Positions 37,956-47,743 of a DNA stretch of 64,000 nt are shown here, one piece after another. The DNA lies in the NCBI GenBank assembly GCA_964464475.1, contig CAYXGG010000001.1:87174-151173 (forward strand), written 5' to 3'. Position numbers and translations under genes: made by a program. Under the pieces are notes generated by a model. The model was not told the origin of the DNA, did no database searches, and saw only the letters and a list, made by a program, of their open reading frames with translations. The stretch is from an uncultured Planctomycetales bacterium (GTDB taxonomy: Bacteria > Omnitrophota > Gorgyraeia > Zapsychrales > JAHFFX01). Each line of letters begins with the position of its first letter. The stretch's first letter is position 1.

Positions 37956-38889
37956 TGTAAGCGTCATCATAATTAGTAAAAACCGTCAAACCCTATTGCA
38001 GGAGGCCATTGGCAGTGTTTTATTGCAGACGTATCAAGATATTGAACTTATTGTCGTTGACGATGATTCGGCTGATAATACGGCCCAGATTGTTCAAGAC
38101 ATTAAATCGTCGGTGAAGATACCCATAAAATATGTAAGAATTTCTAATAGAAACGCTCGGCATGGTTTAGGATATTTGCGTAATGCCGCTATCAAATTAG
38201 CTGACGGTGAGTATATAGCTTGTTTGGATGACGACGATATCTGGTATCCACAAAAACTGCAGAAGCAATTGGAATTCTTTTCCGAGCGCCCGGAGCGTCA
38301 GTTGATTTTCTCCAACGCACTCGTTAAAGATTCTGTGTTGGGTAAGGTATCCAAATACGTGACCGAAGAATGGGCGGAGCGCCTCAAGAAAAGTTTTTAT
38401 TATAGTCTAATGGAAAAGAATTTTATCCCGTTTAGCTCAGTAATGTTCCGTCATGAAGGATTGAAAGACACTGGATTTTTTAATGAGTCAGTTGTCTATT
38501 TGGACGATTATGAATTTGTTTTAAGAATGGCGAGTATGTTTAGGATTGATTTTCTCGATGAGGTTTTGATGGATTACCGAATTCAGAACGATAATTTTAG
38601 TCATAAGAAAATTGTTAGATATTCGGCCTCCAAATTGTTTTGGGATAATTATATTCTTCCTGAGAAATTTCAGTCTGCCTTAGGTAGAAAAATTGTACGT
38701 TCGCAAAGAGCTAAGGAGAATTATTGTTTGGCCTACGCGTATCTACAGAATGGGGATTCAAGAATGGGTAAGGAATATTTATTAAATTCGATCAGGCATT
38801 GGCCTTTGTACAGTTGGCAGCAATATTACTATTTCTTGATTGCTTTGCTTCCGGAAAAAATAGTTGGTTGTTTAAGACAATATGAATGA
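37948..38889 (+). CDS. Glycosyltransferase family 2
   Basis: VSVII, VDDDSAD, LDDDD, DDYEFVLR. Confidence 0.88.
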   Translation: MPNVSVIIISKNRQTLLQEAIGSVLLQTYQDIELIVVDDDSADNTAQIVQDIKSSVKIPIKYVRISNRNARHGLGYLRNAAIKLADGEYIACLDDDDIWYPQKLQKQLEFFSERPERQLIFSNALVKDSVLGKVSKYVTEEWAERLKKSFYYSLMEKNFIPFSSVMFRHEGLKDTGFFNESVVYLDDYEFVLRMASMFRIDFLDEVLMDYRIQNDNFSHKKIVRYSASKLFWDNYILPEKFQSALGRKIVRSQRAKENYCLAYAYLQNGDSRMGKEYLLNSIRHWPLYSWQQYYYFLIALLPEKIVGCLRQYE

Positions 38890-38910
38890 TCTTGAAGGGA
38901 GATCTGAAAT

Positions 38911-39444
38911 ATGTTTGCTGATTTTCGAGTGGATGTCAGTCGCTATTTGAGAGGCAAAGGGAAGAAAGAATTGATTTATTTGATTTTTGAACAGGGGATT
39001 TGGGCGATCGCCGTTTATCGATTCGGACGCTGGGTCCGGGAGGTCAAAATTCCTATCGTTTCACGAATTCTAAAATTAATTGCCTTTTTGTTATTTAAAA
39101 ATATAGAAATACTTACGGGTATTTCTTTACCTGCAAGTGCTCGGATTGGAAAAGGTTTTTATGTCGGACATTTTGGTGGGATCATTTTGCACAGTGATGC
39201 GGTATTAGGTGAACATTGTTCGATAGGTCCAGGCGTTCTGATTGGGACCAGAGGAATGGGGAATTTAGGGGTTCCGATTCTGGGGGACAACGTTTATGTG
39301 GGTGTTGGAGCTAAATTGCTTGGGGGGATAAAGATCGGGAATAATGTTCGTATCGGCGCGAATGCCGTGGTCCTTAAAGACGTTCCAGATGATGCGACGG
39401 TCGTAGGCATTCCGGCCAGAGTCATCACTAAGAGGGAAAAATGA
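38911..39444 (+). CDS. Hexapeptide-repeat O-acetyltransferase (CysE-like)
   Basis: IGKGFYVGHFGGI, LGDNVYVGVGAKLLG, IGANAVV, VGIPAR. Confidence 0.88.
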   Translation: MFADFRVDVSRYLRGKGKKELIYLIFEQGIWAIAVYRFGRWVREVKIPIVSRILKLIAFLLFKNIEILTGISLPASARIGKGFYVGHFGGIILHSDAVLGEHCSIGPGVLIGTRGMGNLGVPILGDNVYVGVGAKLLGGIKIGNNVRIGANAVVLKDVPDDATVVGIPARVITKREK

Positions 39445-40847
39445 TTGGTTATTTAAAACAATTTGTTCCTCTTTCATTGTATTTATGCACTATTGCTTGC
39501 TGCCTTCTGGCCCTAACCGGAAGGCCGAAATTTGCTCTGCTTTGCGTTACTTTTTTGCTTCCTTTGCGCAATATAGTTGATAAGTTTGCTATGTATCCAG
39601 GGGGGAGCGACCTAGTTGATCTGCTCATTCTTTCTTCTATATTCGGAAGTTTTCTTTCTTCCATGATGAATAGAAACAAATTATTTTCCCCATCTTCCTT
39701 AACGGCTATTATTTTGGGAACCATCTTTTATATGTATCTTTCGGTTTGGAAGGGTTACGTGACTTTGGATTATTTCACACCCTTAGATTTTAGTGATGAT
39801 CGAGTCCAGGATTGGAAAAATTTTGTGTTGTTGCCCATTTTGTATTTCTGCGTCATTAATATTTGTAAGAAAAGAGAAGATATCTGGCAAATGTTAAAAG
39901 TCATGGCCCTCTCGGTTGCAGTTAGCGCTTACTATACGGCCAATCAAGTGACTTGGTATAGTATGGTTTCGAGAAAGAAAATTAATGGTACTTTTGTTTT
40001 TCTCGGTCCGAATGAGGTGGCCGCTTTCTTAAATGTCATGGCTTTGGTTGCGATTGCTTTCTTTTTTGTAGTTAAGGGTAAGAAAATTAAATTATTTCTG
40101 GCCGGGCTCATCACGGTAAAGATTTTCTGTATTTTGTTCCTTTTCTCTCGTGCCGCTTACATGGGGTTAGTGGCCGGATGCACGCTTTTATTCGCTTTCA
40201 AAAAACCATGGTTGTTGGTGCCGTTATTTATAGTAGCCGTTTTTTGGGAATCTATTCTCCCGCATGATGTTATTGTCCGTATTACAGAGACGACCGATGA
40301 ATATGGACAGCTTGAAGAATCGGCAGAACATCGCGTGCTTATTTGGCAAGATAGCATTGATTTGTGGCAGCAGGATCCTGTTTTTGGCATAGGTTTTGGT
40401 GCCTTTAGGAAAATGGGATTGATCCTTGGGGACACACACAATATTTATTTAAAAATTCTTTCAGAACAGGGCTTAGTGGGAATACTTTTCTTTGCTTTAT
40501 TGATTTTTGGATTAATAAGAGAAGGGCTTCGTTTAGTTAAAATGAGTAAAGAAGAGCTTGCTCAGGGACTTGGGTATGGACTGGCTTTTGGGGTCGTAGT
40601 CATCTTAGTAAATAATTTCTTTGGTGATCGCTGGACTTATCTTGAAATGGCTGCGTATTACTGGATTATTGCGGGATTGACTACCTCAATGATCAATATT
40701 TTAAAGAATAATAGTACTTCAGAAATTTCAACGCCTCCTTCGCGTAAAAAGAAGATAAAGAGAAGCAAAACTAGCCTGCCAACTTATATCGACCCCGAGA
40801 GAACACTGCCTAGGACAAATTCTAATTCTCGGCCGAACACGCGTTAA
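39441..40847 (+). CDS. O-antigen ligase / Wzy-type polymerase family protein
   Basis: Many TMs; GPNE, FSRAAY, SAEHR..IW, PVFGIGFG, THNIYLKILSEQGLVG. Confidence 0.85.
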   Translation: MIGYLKQFVPLSLYLCTIACCLLALTGRPKFALLCVTFLLPLRNIVDKFAMYPGGSDLVDLLILSSIFGSFLSSMMNRNKLFSPSSLTAIILGTIFYMYLSVWKGYVTLDYFTPLDFSDDRVQDWKNFVLLPILYFCVINICKKREDIWQMLKVMALSVAVSAYYTANQVTWYSMVSRKKINGTFVFLGPNEVAAFLNVMALVAIAFFFVVKGKKIKLFLAGLITVKIFCILFLFSRAAYMGLVAGCTLLFAFKKPWLLVPLFIVAVFWESILPHDVIVRITETTDEYGQLEESAEHRVLIWQDSIDLWQQDPVFGIGFGAFRKMGLILGDTHNIYLKILSEQGLVGILFFALLIFGLIREGLRLVKMSKEELAQGLGYGLAFGVVVILVNNFFGDRWTYLEMAAYYWIIAGLTTSMINILKNNSTSEISTPPSRKKKIKRSKTSLPTYIDPERTLPRTNSNSRPNTR

Positions 40848-40868
40848 TCCCAATTAAAATTTCTAAAA

Positions 40869-42002
40869 ATGAAAAGGCATTTGGTGTTATTGACGGATTG
40901 CTTAGAGGATGTTGAGGCTGGCGCCGAGCGGCAGATCTTTGAACTGGCGAATAGAATCCATAAGGATCAATATCGGGTGACGGTTGTGAGTTTAGGTTTA
41001 CCACCCAAAGAAAGGGTTAAAGTTCTTTTAGCCAAGGGAGGTGTTCAATTCTTGCATTGGCCGGTAAAAAGAATTTATGGATGGTCAGGGTTAATTCAGG
41101 GGATGCGGTTTCGTGCTTTCTTGGTAAAGGAAAAGGTTGATATCTTGCAGACGTATCATTTTGGGTCTGATATCTGGGGTGCTTTGTGGGGCTCGCTGGC
41201 AGGAGTTAAAAACATTATTTCTAATCGACGCGATATGGGGTTTTGGCGCAAGACATCGCATATCGTCACGTATAAATTATTGAATGGTAACGTTAAGAAA
41301 ATTGTGACTGTGACGGCCTCGGTGAAGCAGTTGGTTCAAGAGACCGAAGGTGTTGCTGAACAGAAGGTGGATGTCATTTATAACGGCGTTGAGTTAACTT
41401 TTACGGAAAGATCAAATACCGATATCATTGTCGAGCGAGCTCAGTTGGGCATTGGGCCTAAGGATTTGGTCGTTGTCCACGTGGCTAATATTCGCCCCGT
41501 TAAAGGGCACAAATATCTCATCGCCGCCATGCAAGAAGTCGTCAAAAAGCACCCTAATCTTAAATTGCTTTTGATCGGCGATGATACCCAAGATGGAGAG
41601 ATGCAAGAATTAGTTGCTCAGAAGAATTTAGAACAACATATTTTGTTCTTGGGTAAACGTCAGGATGCAAGAATGTTGGTTGATTTGGCAGATATTTGCG
41701 TTTTGCCTTCCTTAAGTGAAGGGATGTCCAATGCCATTCTCGAATATATGGCTGCGGGAAAGCCGGTCATTGCCAGTGCCGTGGGAGGAAATCCTGAATT
41801 AATAACTCCAGAGGTTAACGGTTTATTAGTGCCAGCCAAAGATTCCTCAGCGTTAGCTGCGGCCTTACAAAAATTGATTGAATCGCCAGAATCTCGCGCT
41901 CGCATGGGGCAGTCAGGTCTGGCGAAAGTTCAATCTGAGTTTACGATGGCAACGATGATCCATAAATACGAAAGACTTTACGATGCCTGCTTCGGGTCCT
42001 AA
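40869..42002 (+). CDS. Glycosyltransferase family 4
   Basis: GAERQ, VANIRPVKG, PSLSEGMSNAILEYMA. Confidence 0.9.
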   Translation: MKRHLVLLTDCLEDVEAGAERQIFELANRIHKDQYRVTVVSLGLPPKERVKVLLAKGGVQFLHWPVKRIYGWSGLIQGMRFRAFLVKEKVDILQTYHFGSDIWGALWGSLAGVKNIISNRRDMGFWRKTSHIVTYKLLNGNVKKIVTVTASVKQLVQETEGVAEQKVDVIYNGVELTFTERSNTDIIVERAQLGIGPKDLVVVHVANIRPVKGHKYLIAAMQEVVKKHPNLKLLLIGDDTQDGEMQELVAQKNLEQHILFLGKRQDARMLVDLADICVLPSLSEGMSNAILEYMAAGKPVIASAVGGNPELITPEVNGLLVPAKDSSALAAALQKLIESPESRARMGQSGLAKVQSEFTMATMIHKYERLYDACFGS

Positions 42003-43104
42003 GAAAGTTTTACATTTTATTAGCAGTAGCGGTTTATTTGGAGCGGAGCAGGTACTATTAACGCTTTGTCGAGGAGCTGACCGTAGTCAATATGAATTGA
42101 TAGTCGCGGCCTTAGAAGATCAACGTTCGCCGAATACGGCTATCCTGCAAGCCGCAGAAGCATTAGGCATTGCGACCTTTAAATTATCAAGCCGAGGTCG
42201 CTTTGACTTGGCTGCGGTGAAGGCTTTGTTGGAATTATTGCGATCACAACAAATTGATTTGATTCACTCGCATAATTATAAGTCCAATATGATTGCTTGG
42301 TTGGCGTCATTGAGGCAAAAAGTCGCTTTGTTATCCACGGCACATGGCTATACAGGTGTCTCGACTGCCGTCAAGATGTATGAAGCCTGTGACCGGTGGA
42401 TTTTACGGAACTTTTTTGACCGGGTTGTGGTCGTTGCTGATTCCATATTATTTAATTGGGTTTCTCAGAAGAAAGTAACCATTTGCAACGGAATTGATAT
42501 TCAGCGTTATAAGCTAATTAAAGAAGAAGGGAACTCTTGGCGTAAAAAATGGGGTATTGCGCCAGACGATTTGGTGATTGGATCGGTCGGGCGATTAAGT
42601 CTTGAAAAAAATTATGTTTTGTTATTGAAGGCGGTTCTTCGAGTTTTAAAGGCTAACTCAAAAGTGAAAGTTTTGTTGGTGGGGGATGGACCTCAAAGGC
42701 AGGAATTAAGTCAATTTATTAATGAACATGGTTTGCAAAAGCGGGTTATTTTGGCTGGTTTGCAACCTAATACTGCGCCACTTTATCAAGTCATGGATAT
42801 TTTTGTCCTGTGTTCAACCACCGAGGGAGTTCCTATGGTCTTAGCTGAAGCGATGGCCGCTGGGGTTCCGATTATTGCGACCAAAGTCGGAGGAGTCTCG
42901 AAAATGTTGGAAGAAGGAAAAAATGGTTGCTTGGTTGATTCTCAGGATGAATTGGGATTAACGGAAGCATTAGAGGAATTGCTAGCCAAGCCGGAGAAAC
43001 GCGCGCAGCTAATAATCAACGCGCAATTGACGGTAGAAAATAATTATTCAGCATCTCGGATGTGTAAACAATATCAACAGCTCTATGAGGAAATATTGCG
43101 ATGA
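41983..43104 (+). CDS. Glycosyltransferase family 4
   Basis: GAEQV, VGRLSLEKN, STTEGVPMVLAEAMA. Confidence 0.9.
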   Translation: MPASGPKKVLHFISSSGLFGAEQVLLTLCRGADRSQYELIVAALEDQRSPNTAILQAAEALGIATFKLSSRGRFDLAAVKALLELLRSQQIDLIHSHNYKSNMIAWLASLRQKVALLSTAHGYTGVSTAVKMYEACDRWILRNFFDRVVVVADSILFNWVSQKKVTICNGIDIQRYKLIKEEGNSWRKKWGIAPDDLVIGSVGRLSLEKNYVLLLKAVLRVLKANSKVKVLLVGDGPQRQELSQFINEHGLQKRVILAGLQPNTAPLYQVMDIFVLCSTTEGVPMVLAEAMAAGVPIIATKVGGVSKMLEEGKNGCLVDSQDELGLTEALEELLAKPEKRAQLIINAQLTVENNYSASRMCKQYQQLYEEILR

Positions 43105-44303
43105 TGCGTGTGCTTTTTTTAGCGCCCCGTTTACCGATACCGGCAGACACCGGGGGTAAAATTCGGACGCTCAATATACTTAAACAGATGACGAAGTGGG
43201 CTCAGGTGCATTTGGCATGTTTTTCTTTTGATGCCGCTGACAAAGAGCATGTTCCTTCTTTAGCTAGGTTAGGAGTAGAGGTTACTTTAGTCCCTTTGGG
43301 TGAATCATCTTTCTTGCAGAAAGTGTTAGGGGTGGTCATCGCTCCTTTGCCATTTTCGATTGGAAAATACAATTCGGCCCAAATGGTTGAAGCGCTTAAA
43401 GCGCTGAGAGTTCATCAGGGTTTCGACGCGGTGCATATCGATCATTTACATATGGCACATTATCGCTCTTTGTTTGACGGATTACCGACGGTGATGGATG
43501 AACACAATGTGGAGTACATGATTTTAAATCGTTGTGCTAAGGTTGAGAAAAAGTTGGCGAAGAAAATTATTTATGAACAACAAGCCGGCAAAATGAAAGC
43601 TTTTGAGAAAAAACAAGCGTCAGCGTTTAGTCGGGTCCTGGCGGTATCTCAGGATGATCGAAAGATTTTGCTTGAGTTAAACGATGCTCAAGTTCCGGTG
43701 GAAGTGATCCCTAATGGAGTGGATACGGATTTCTTTCAGTCAGAGCCGCAACGATATGCCTCTGAGAAGGCTATTGTTTTTACGGGTTCCTTGGATTGGC
43801 TGCCTAATGAAGATGCGGTAGTGTGGTTTGGTAACGAAATTTTACCTCTTATTTGGCAGCAAATGCCTGAAGTGAAGTTTTATGTAGTAGGAAAATCTCC
43901 TTCGCCACAAATTCTGGCTCTACAGCATAAGGATGCTCGGGTGATCGTTACCGGGCGGGTGGATGACGTTCGACCGGTCATGGATAAGGCTCAGGTTTTT
44001 GTTTGTCCTATTCGGGTTGGGGGAGGGACGCGTTTAAAGATCCTTGAAGCCATGTCGATGAAGAAAGCGGTTGTTTCGACGACCATTGGGGCCGAAGGTA
44101 TTGCTCATACCAATGGCAAGAATATTATTCTGGCGGATGATGTTTCGTCCTTTGCCGAGGCGACGCTAAAATTGTTGCGAGATCCGGCGGCCTGCGTGAA
44201 GCTTGGGGCCGCCGGTCGTGAACTAGTCACCGGTCAATATGATTGGAATTTTGTCGGACGAACGTTAAGCGTGATTTATCATGAACTCATCGCGGGTCGT
44301 TAG
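43101..44303 (+). CDS. Glycosyltransferase family 4 (type common in PEP-CTERM EPS loci)
   Basis: PIPADTGGKIR, HNVE, FTGSLDWLPN, GGGTRLKILEAM. Confidence 0.88.
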   Translation: MMRVLFLAPRLPIPADTGGKIRTLNILKQMTKWAQVHLACFSFDAADKEHVPSLARLGVEVTLVPLGESSFLQKVLGVVIAPLPFSIGKYNSAQMVEALKALRVHQGFDAVHIDHLHMAHYRSLFDGLPTVMDEHNVEYMILNRCAKVEKKLAKKIIYEQQAGKMKAFEKKQASAFSRVLAVSQDDRKILLELNDAQVPVEVIPNGVDTDFFQSEPQRYASEKAIVFTGSLDWLPNEDAVVWFGNEILPLIWQQMPEVKFYVVGKSPSPQILALQHKDARVIVTGRVDDVRPVMDKAQVFVCPIRVGGGTRLKILEAMSMKKAVVSTTIGAEGIAHTNGKNIILADDVSSFAEATLKLLRDPAACVKLGAAGRELVTGQYDWNFVGRTLSVIYHELIAGR

Positions 44304-45861
44304 ATGCTTGGTCTTTTTATTAGGAATGGTCGTCGGGGCAGGTTGCGCGGCGATAGGAGTATATAAATTATATAAAATTTACAAACATAGAAAAGTAACC
44401 TCCCAGTCCTATCGGGATGCCTCACAGTCGGTTGCTGAACATTGTGCCGAGTATCAATTAAATTTAGAAGTCGACGCGCGAAAACCCCTCCATAAGATTA
44501 GTCCACTGCTGTATGGCTCTAACCTAACTCCCAAAACGGAATACGAGAAAGACGTTATTGATTTAAGTAAAGAATTAGGAATTACGAATTTTCGTTTCCC
44601 TGGCGGCGAATCCAATGGTTATCGTTGGCAAACCGGTGATTTTGATTTTGACGATCGTTTAGATGACGCGCCGCTGTCAGATTTAGAACATGTAATTGAA
44701 TTTGTTAAGATGGGTGGCCAATCTTTAGTTATCCAAGTCAATCTAGAATCGGGGACGCCTCAGGAAGCTGCGGAATGGGTGAGGCGCATGAATAAGGTTA
44801 GCGGCTTTAGAGTTGACTATTGGGAAATCGGCAATGAGCCCTATGGGGATTGGGATCGGGCTTTCCGTTCTCCAGAAGAATATGCGGCCAACATTAGAGA
44901 TTATGCCAGGGCCATGAAAGCTGTTGATCCTACCATCAAGATTGGTGCCAGTTTAGGGGGACCCAATTATCCAGTTTTTGATCGAACCGTCATTAAAGAA
45001 GCTGGAGATTTCTTTGATTTTATTTCTTATCATTGGTATCCCAATCATACGAATAAAAACACGCCCTACTTAAATCGTTTGCATCCCTTGCCGGAAGAAG
45101 TGATGGCTAATGGGTTGGCGATTGAGCCTTTGGTAAAAAGATTCCGGCGTTTAATTGCGCGGTATGCTCCGCAGCGTGTGGACAAGATTGACATCGGTAT
45201 CCTGGAGTGGGATGGTTCTTGGGATGGCGCTGCTTCGGACCTGAATTTTGAATATAAAGGTGAAATGTGGGCGCTATCTAACGCAATCTTTTTTGCTGAT
45301 GCGTTAGGTCTGATGGCGACCCAGCAAGTGGTGTTGGCCAATCAATATTCTTATCAAGAAGTCATGCATGGCCTTATTCGCGGATGGGATCGGAAGGCCG
45401 GATGGGGTGGTAGTCGTTGGGATGGTCAGACGATCCGTCCTAAAGGCTTGGCTTTTCAATTGTTGGCTCGCTCATTTGGAAATGAGTTGCTCAGAAGTCA
45501 TTTGAGTGGCTCGCCAGCCTACAATAAAGAAACCGATTGGCGGGCAGATTCTTTTGTCGGGAAGGTTCCCTACGTGACGGCTTATGCCAGTCAATATTCG
45601 CACAACAAGAAGGTCGCAGTGCTGATTGTTAATAAGCATAGCTCCTGTGAGTTTGCCGTTAATTTAGAGGTCCAGGGGGGTAAGCTGGGGAACCTAGCAA
45701 GCTGGCAAAAGATTACCGGGCCAACGTTATCCGCTCAGAACGATGGGGCTCCCGGGACAGTTATGATCGCGCCGGGAGATGTTGCTGAACAAAAAATTCC
45801 CTCTCAGTTGAAAATTGCTCCACGATCCATAAATTTATTTGAGCTAAATTTAGAAAAATGA
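44281..45861 (+). CDS. Membrane-anchored clan-A glycoside hydrolase (GH51/GH44/GH79-like)
   Basis: N-terminal TM; ISPLLYG, FRFPGG, WEIGNEP (acid/base), SYHWY, ILEW (candidate nucleophile); C-terminal beta-sandwich. Confidence 0.8.
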   Translation: MNSSRVVRCLVFLLGMVVGAGCAAIGVYKLYKIYKHRKVTSQSYRDASQSVAEHCAEYQLNLEVDARKPLHKISPLLYGSNLTPKTEYEKDVIDLSKELGITNFRFPGGESNGYRWQTGDFDFDDRLDDAPLSDLEHVIEFVKMGGQSLVIQVNLESGTPQEAAEWVRRMNKVSGFRVDYWEIGNEPYGDWDRAFRSPEEYAANIRDYARAMKAVDPTIKIGASLGGPNYPVFDRTVIKEAGDFFDFISYHWYPNHTNKNTPYLNRLHPLPEEVMANGLAIEPLVKRFRRLIARYAPQRVDKIDIGILEWDGSWDGAASDLNFEYKGEMWALSNAIFFADALGLMATQQVVLANQYSYQEVMHGLIRGWDRKAGWGGSRWDGQTIRPKGLAFQLLARSFGNELLRSHLSGSPAYNKETDWRADSFVGKVPYVTAYASQYSHNKKVAVLIVNKHSSCEFAVNLEVQGGKLGNLASWQKITGPTLSAQNDGAPGTVMIAPGDVAEQKIPSQLKIAPRSINLFELNLEK

Positions 45862-46505
45862 GTATAATGGGACCCTCGTTAAAGAAAGTTTTTGTTAGTG
45901 GTTTGCTAACCGGAATGATGATGGTCGCTCTTGGGGCGTCGGGTGGGGTGATGCTGTATCGTTCTTTTACTCATGGCGATGGATTAGGATACCTAAAGTA
46001 TTACTATAAAAAGTTCAAAGCATCAACGGCGCCGATAGGAAAGAAAACGGAATTTTTATTAGATTTTGAAGATTCAAAAGATAGTGTGTTCTTTAAATCC
46101 AGTGACGGCGGTATCATCCAGGTGATAGATTTGCCGGAGGGTAAAGGAAAGGCGCTCAGTTTCCAATCGGATCGAGCTGTCGGTTTCCCGGGCATTGTTT
46201 GGCAAGAGTATTCAGCTGCTGAGTGTTTCAACTGGAGGTCAAAGAGGAGTCTGGAATTTGATGTGTTTAATAGCGGCGATCATCAGATCGCTTTGCACGT
46301 AAAAGTCAAGAATGGATTAGATCGTGACGTTAGATCAGAGGATCAAGTTTTTTACCTTAGACCGCAGGCCTGGGAGCATATTTCACTGTCATTGCTGAGT
46401 GGTCCGGGTGCAAAAGAATTCAATTGTGTTTCGTATCTTAAGATTTTTGTGGAACGCCCTCCGCAGGCGGTGAATATACTGGTAGATAATTTTTCTTTGA
46501 ATTAA
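45858..46505 (+). CDS. Membrane-anchored carbohydrate-binding-module-like protein
   Basis: N-terminal TM, LLDFE, NWRSKRSLEFDV, ILVDNFSL (jelly-roll pattern). Confidence 0.55.
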   Translation: MSIMGPSLKKVFVSGLLTGMMMVALGASGGVMLYRSFTHGDGLGYLKYYYKKFKASTAPIGKKTEFLLDFEDSKDSVFFKSSDGGIIQVIDLPEGKGKALSFQSDRAVGFPGIVWQEYSAAECFNWRSKRSLEFDVFNSGDHQIALHVKVKNGLDRDVRSEDQVFYLRPQAWEHISLSLLSGPGAKEFNCVSYLKIFVERPPQAVNILVDNFSLN

Positions 46506-46525
46506 TAGTTGATTATTTCTAGATT

Positions 46526-47287
46526 ATGGGTTCTAATCATTCAGTCGTATTGATGTATCATGCCGTGATTCGGGACAAATACCAAATTCCTCCCGATCGC
46601 GAAGATGGCGCTGAGCTTTATGATTTAGCGGTAGAAGCTTTTGCGGACCATTTAAGGCAAATTAAAGCAGAAGGAATTTCGGTCATCAAAGCCGAAGATT
46701 TGAAGAAGGAGGAGGGGGTCATCATCACGTTTGATGATGGCGAAATGAATAATTATACTGAGGCTTTCCCGCTACTAAAGCAATTTGGGTTCCCCGGTTA
46801 TTTTTTCATCACTGCCGATCGCATAGGTAAGTCAGGTTACATGGACTGGCCCCAGCTTAAAGAATTATGCCAGGCTGGAATGGTGATTGGTTCCCATGGT
46901 CTCACCCACCGTGTCCTTACTTCATTAAATCCATCCGAGCTTCATCAAGAGCTCTTTGAGTCAAAACGCATTTTAGAGGCCCATTTGGGGCAAATGGTTG
47001 ATTCTTTTTCGGTGCCTAGGGGTTTTGTTTCTCTATTAGTAGCTGAGCAAGCCAGGCAGGCCGGTTATAGGCATATTTTCATTTCTGGAAGCGGTCCCAA
47101 GAATTGGGGAAATCTGATAGCGCGAACGGCCGTAAAGTCAAATTGGACTCAGCAAAGATTTTCTTTGGCTTTAATTGGTAAGGTACCTTTGCAAGAACAG
47201 ATTTTTGAAGGGGTTAAAGCTGCTAGTAAACGCTTTCTGGGGCAAGCTGGATATAATTCGTTAAGATCAAAATTGTTGGGTAAATAA
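46526..47287 (+). CDS. Polysaccharide deacetylase (CE4/NodB)
   Basis: LMYH, ITFDDG, IGSHGLTH, FSVPRG. Confidence 0.9.
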   Translation: MGSNHSVVLMYHAVIRDKYQIPPDREDGAELYDLAVEAFADHLRQIKAEGISVIKAEDLKKEEGVIITFDDGEMNNYTEAFPLLKQFGFPGYFFITADRIGKSGYMDWPQLKELCQAGMVIGSHGLTHRVLTSLNPSELHQELFESKRILEAHLGQMVDSFSVPRGFVSLLVAEQARQAGYRHIFISGSGPKNWGNLIARTAVKSNWTQQRFSLALIGKVPLQEQIFEGVKAASKRFLGQAGYNSLRSKLLGK

Positions 47288-47369
47288 AAGGAATAATTAA
47301 TTCTCTAACTAATTGCAGTAAATAAACTTATAATTCTGTTAGAGTTTTTAGTTATTTTCTGCTGGGGAT

Positions 47370-47397
47370 TTGACAACTGGAGGAGGGGTGCTATACT
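47370..47397 (+). promoter_or_regulatory. Sigma-70 promoter upstream of the riboswitch
   Basis: TTGACA-N16-TATACT with extended -10 TG. Confidence 0.75.
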
Positions 47398-47430
47398 TTC
47401 GGCTGAAAGAAGTTCTCGATCTTTAAATAG

Positions 47431-47591
47431 CTGACTGATACTAGTAAACCATTCGGAAGAGTGGGACACAAAGCTAACCATGCTTTCTAGAGGTTCTTAA
47501 GGAAGCAGGTGCTCCAGTCCGTAGATGGCTGGAGTAGGGCCTAACCCCGTGTTGTGGATGTTGCCGGGCAGGTTGCCAGTTGCCAAAGCAG
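47431..47591 (+). ncRNA. Cyclic dinucleotide class I (GEMM-I) riboswitch, variant with A20 and a P3 insertion
   Basis: AGTAAACCATTC-GGAA-GAGTGGGACACAAAGCT matches the GEMM P2/J2-3 core (GGCAAACCATTCGAAAGAGTGGGACGCAAAGC) with U-A covariation; 3' end GGGCCTAA...GCCAGTTGCC. Confidence 0.85.
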
Positions 47592-47640
47592 AGATAAGAT
47601 CGGTTAAATTAGCCGTTGTTAAGCTTTTAACTGATAATTG

Positions 47641-47685
47641 ACCTATTCTCAAAGGCGTGTCCATGTTCCGAGAGTAGGTTTTTTT
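47641..47685 (+). terminator. Riboswitch expression-platform terminator
   Basis: ACCTATTCTC...GAGAGTAGGT stem followed by a T run, upstream of ATG 47744. Confidence 0.75.
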
Positions 47686-47743
47686 ATTTTATGAGAAAAA
47701 ATTTCATCTATTCATTATCCAGGTTTCAGAAAGGGGTGCAACG

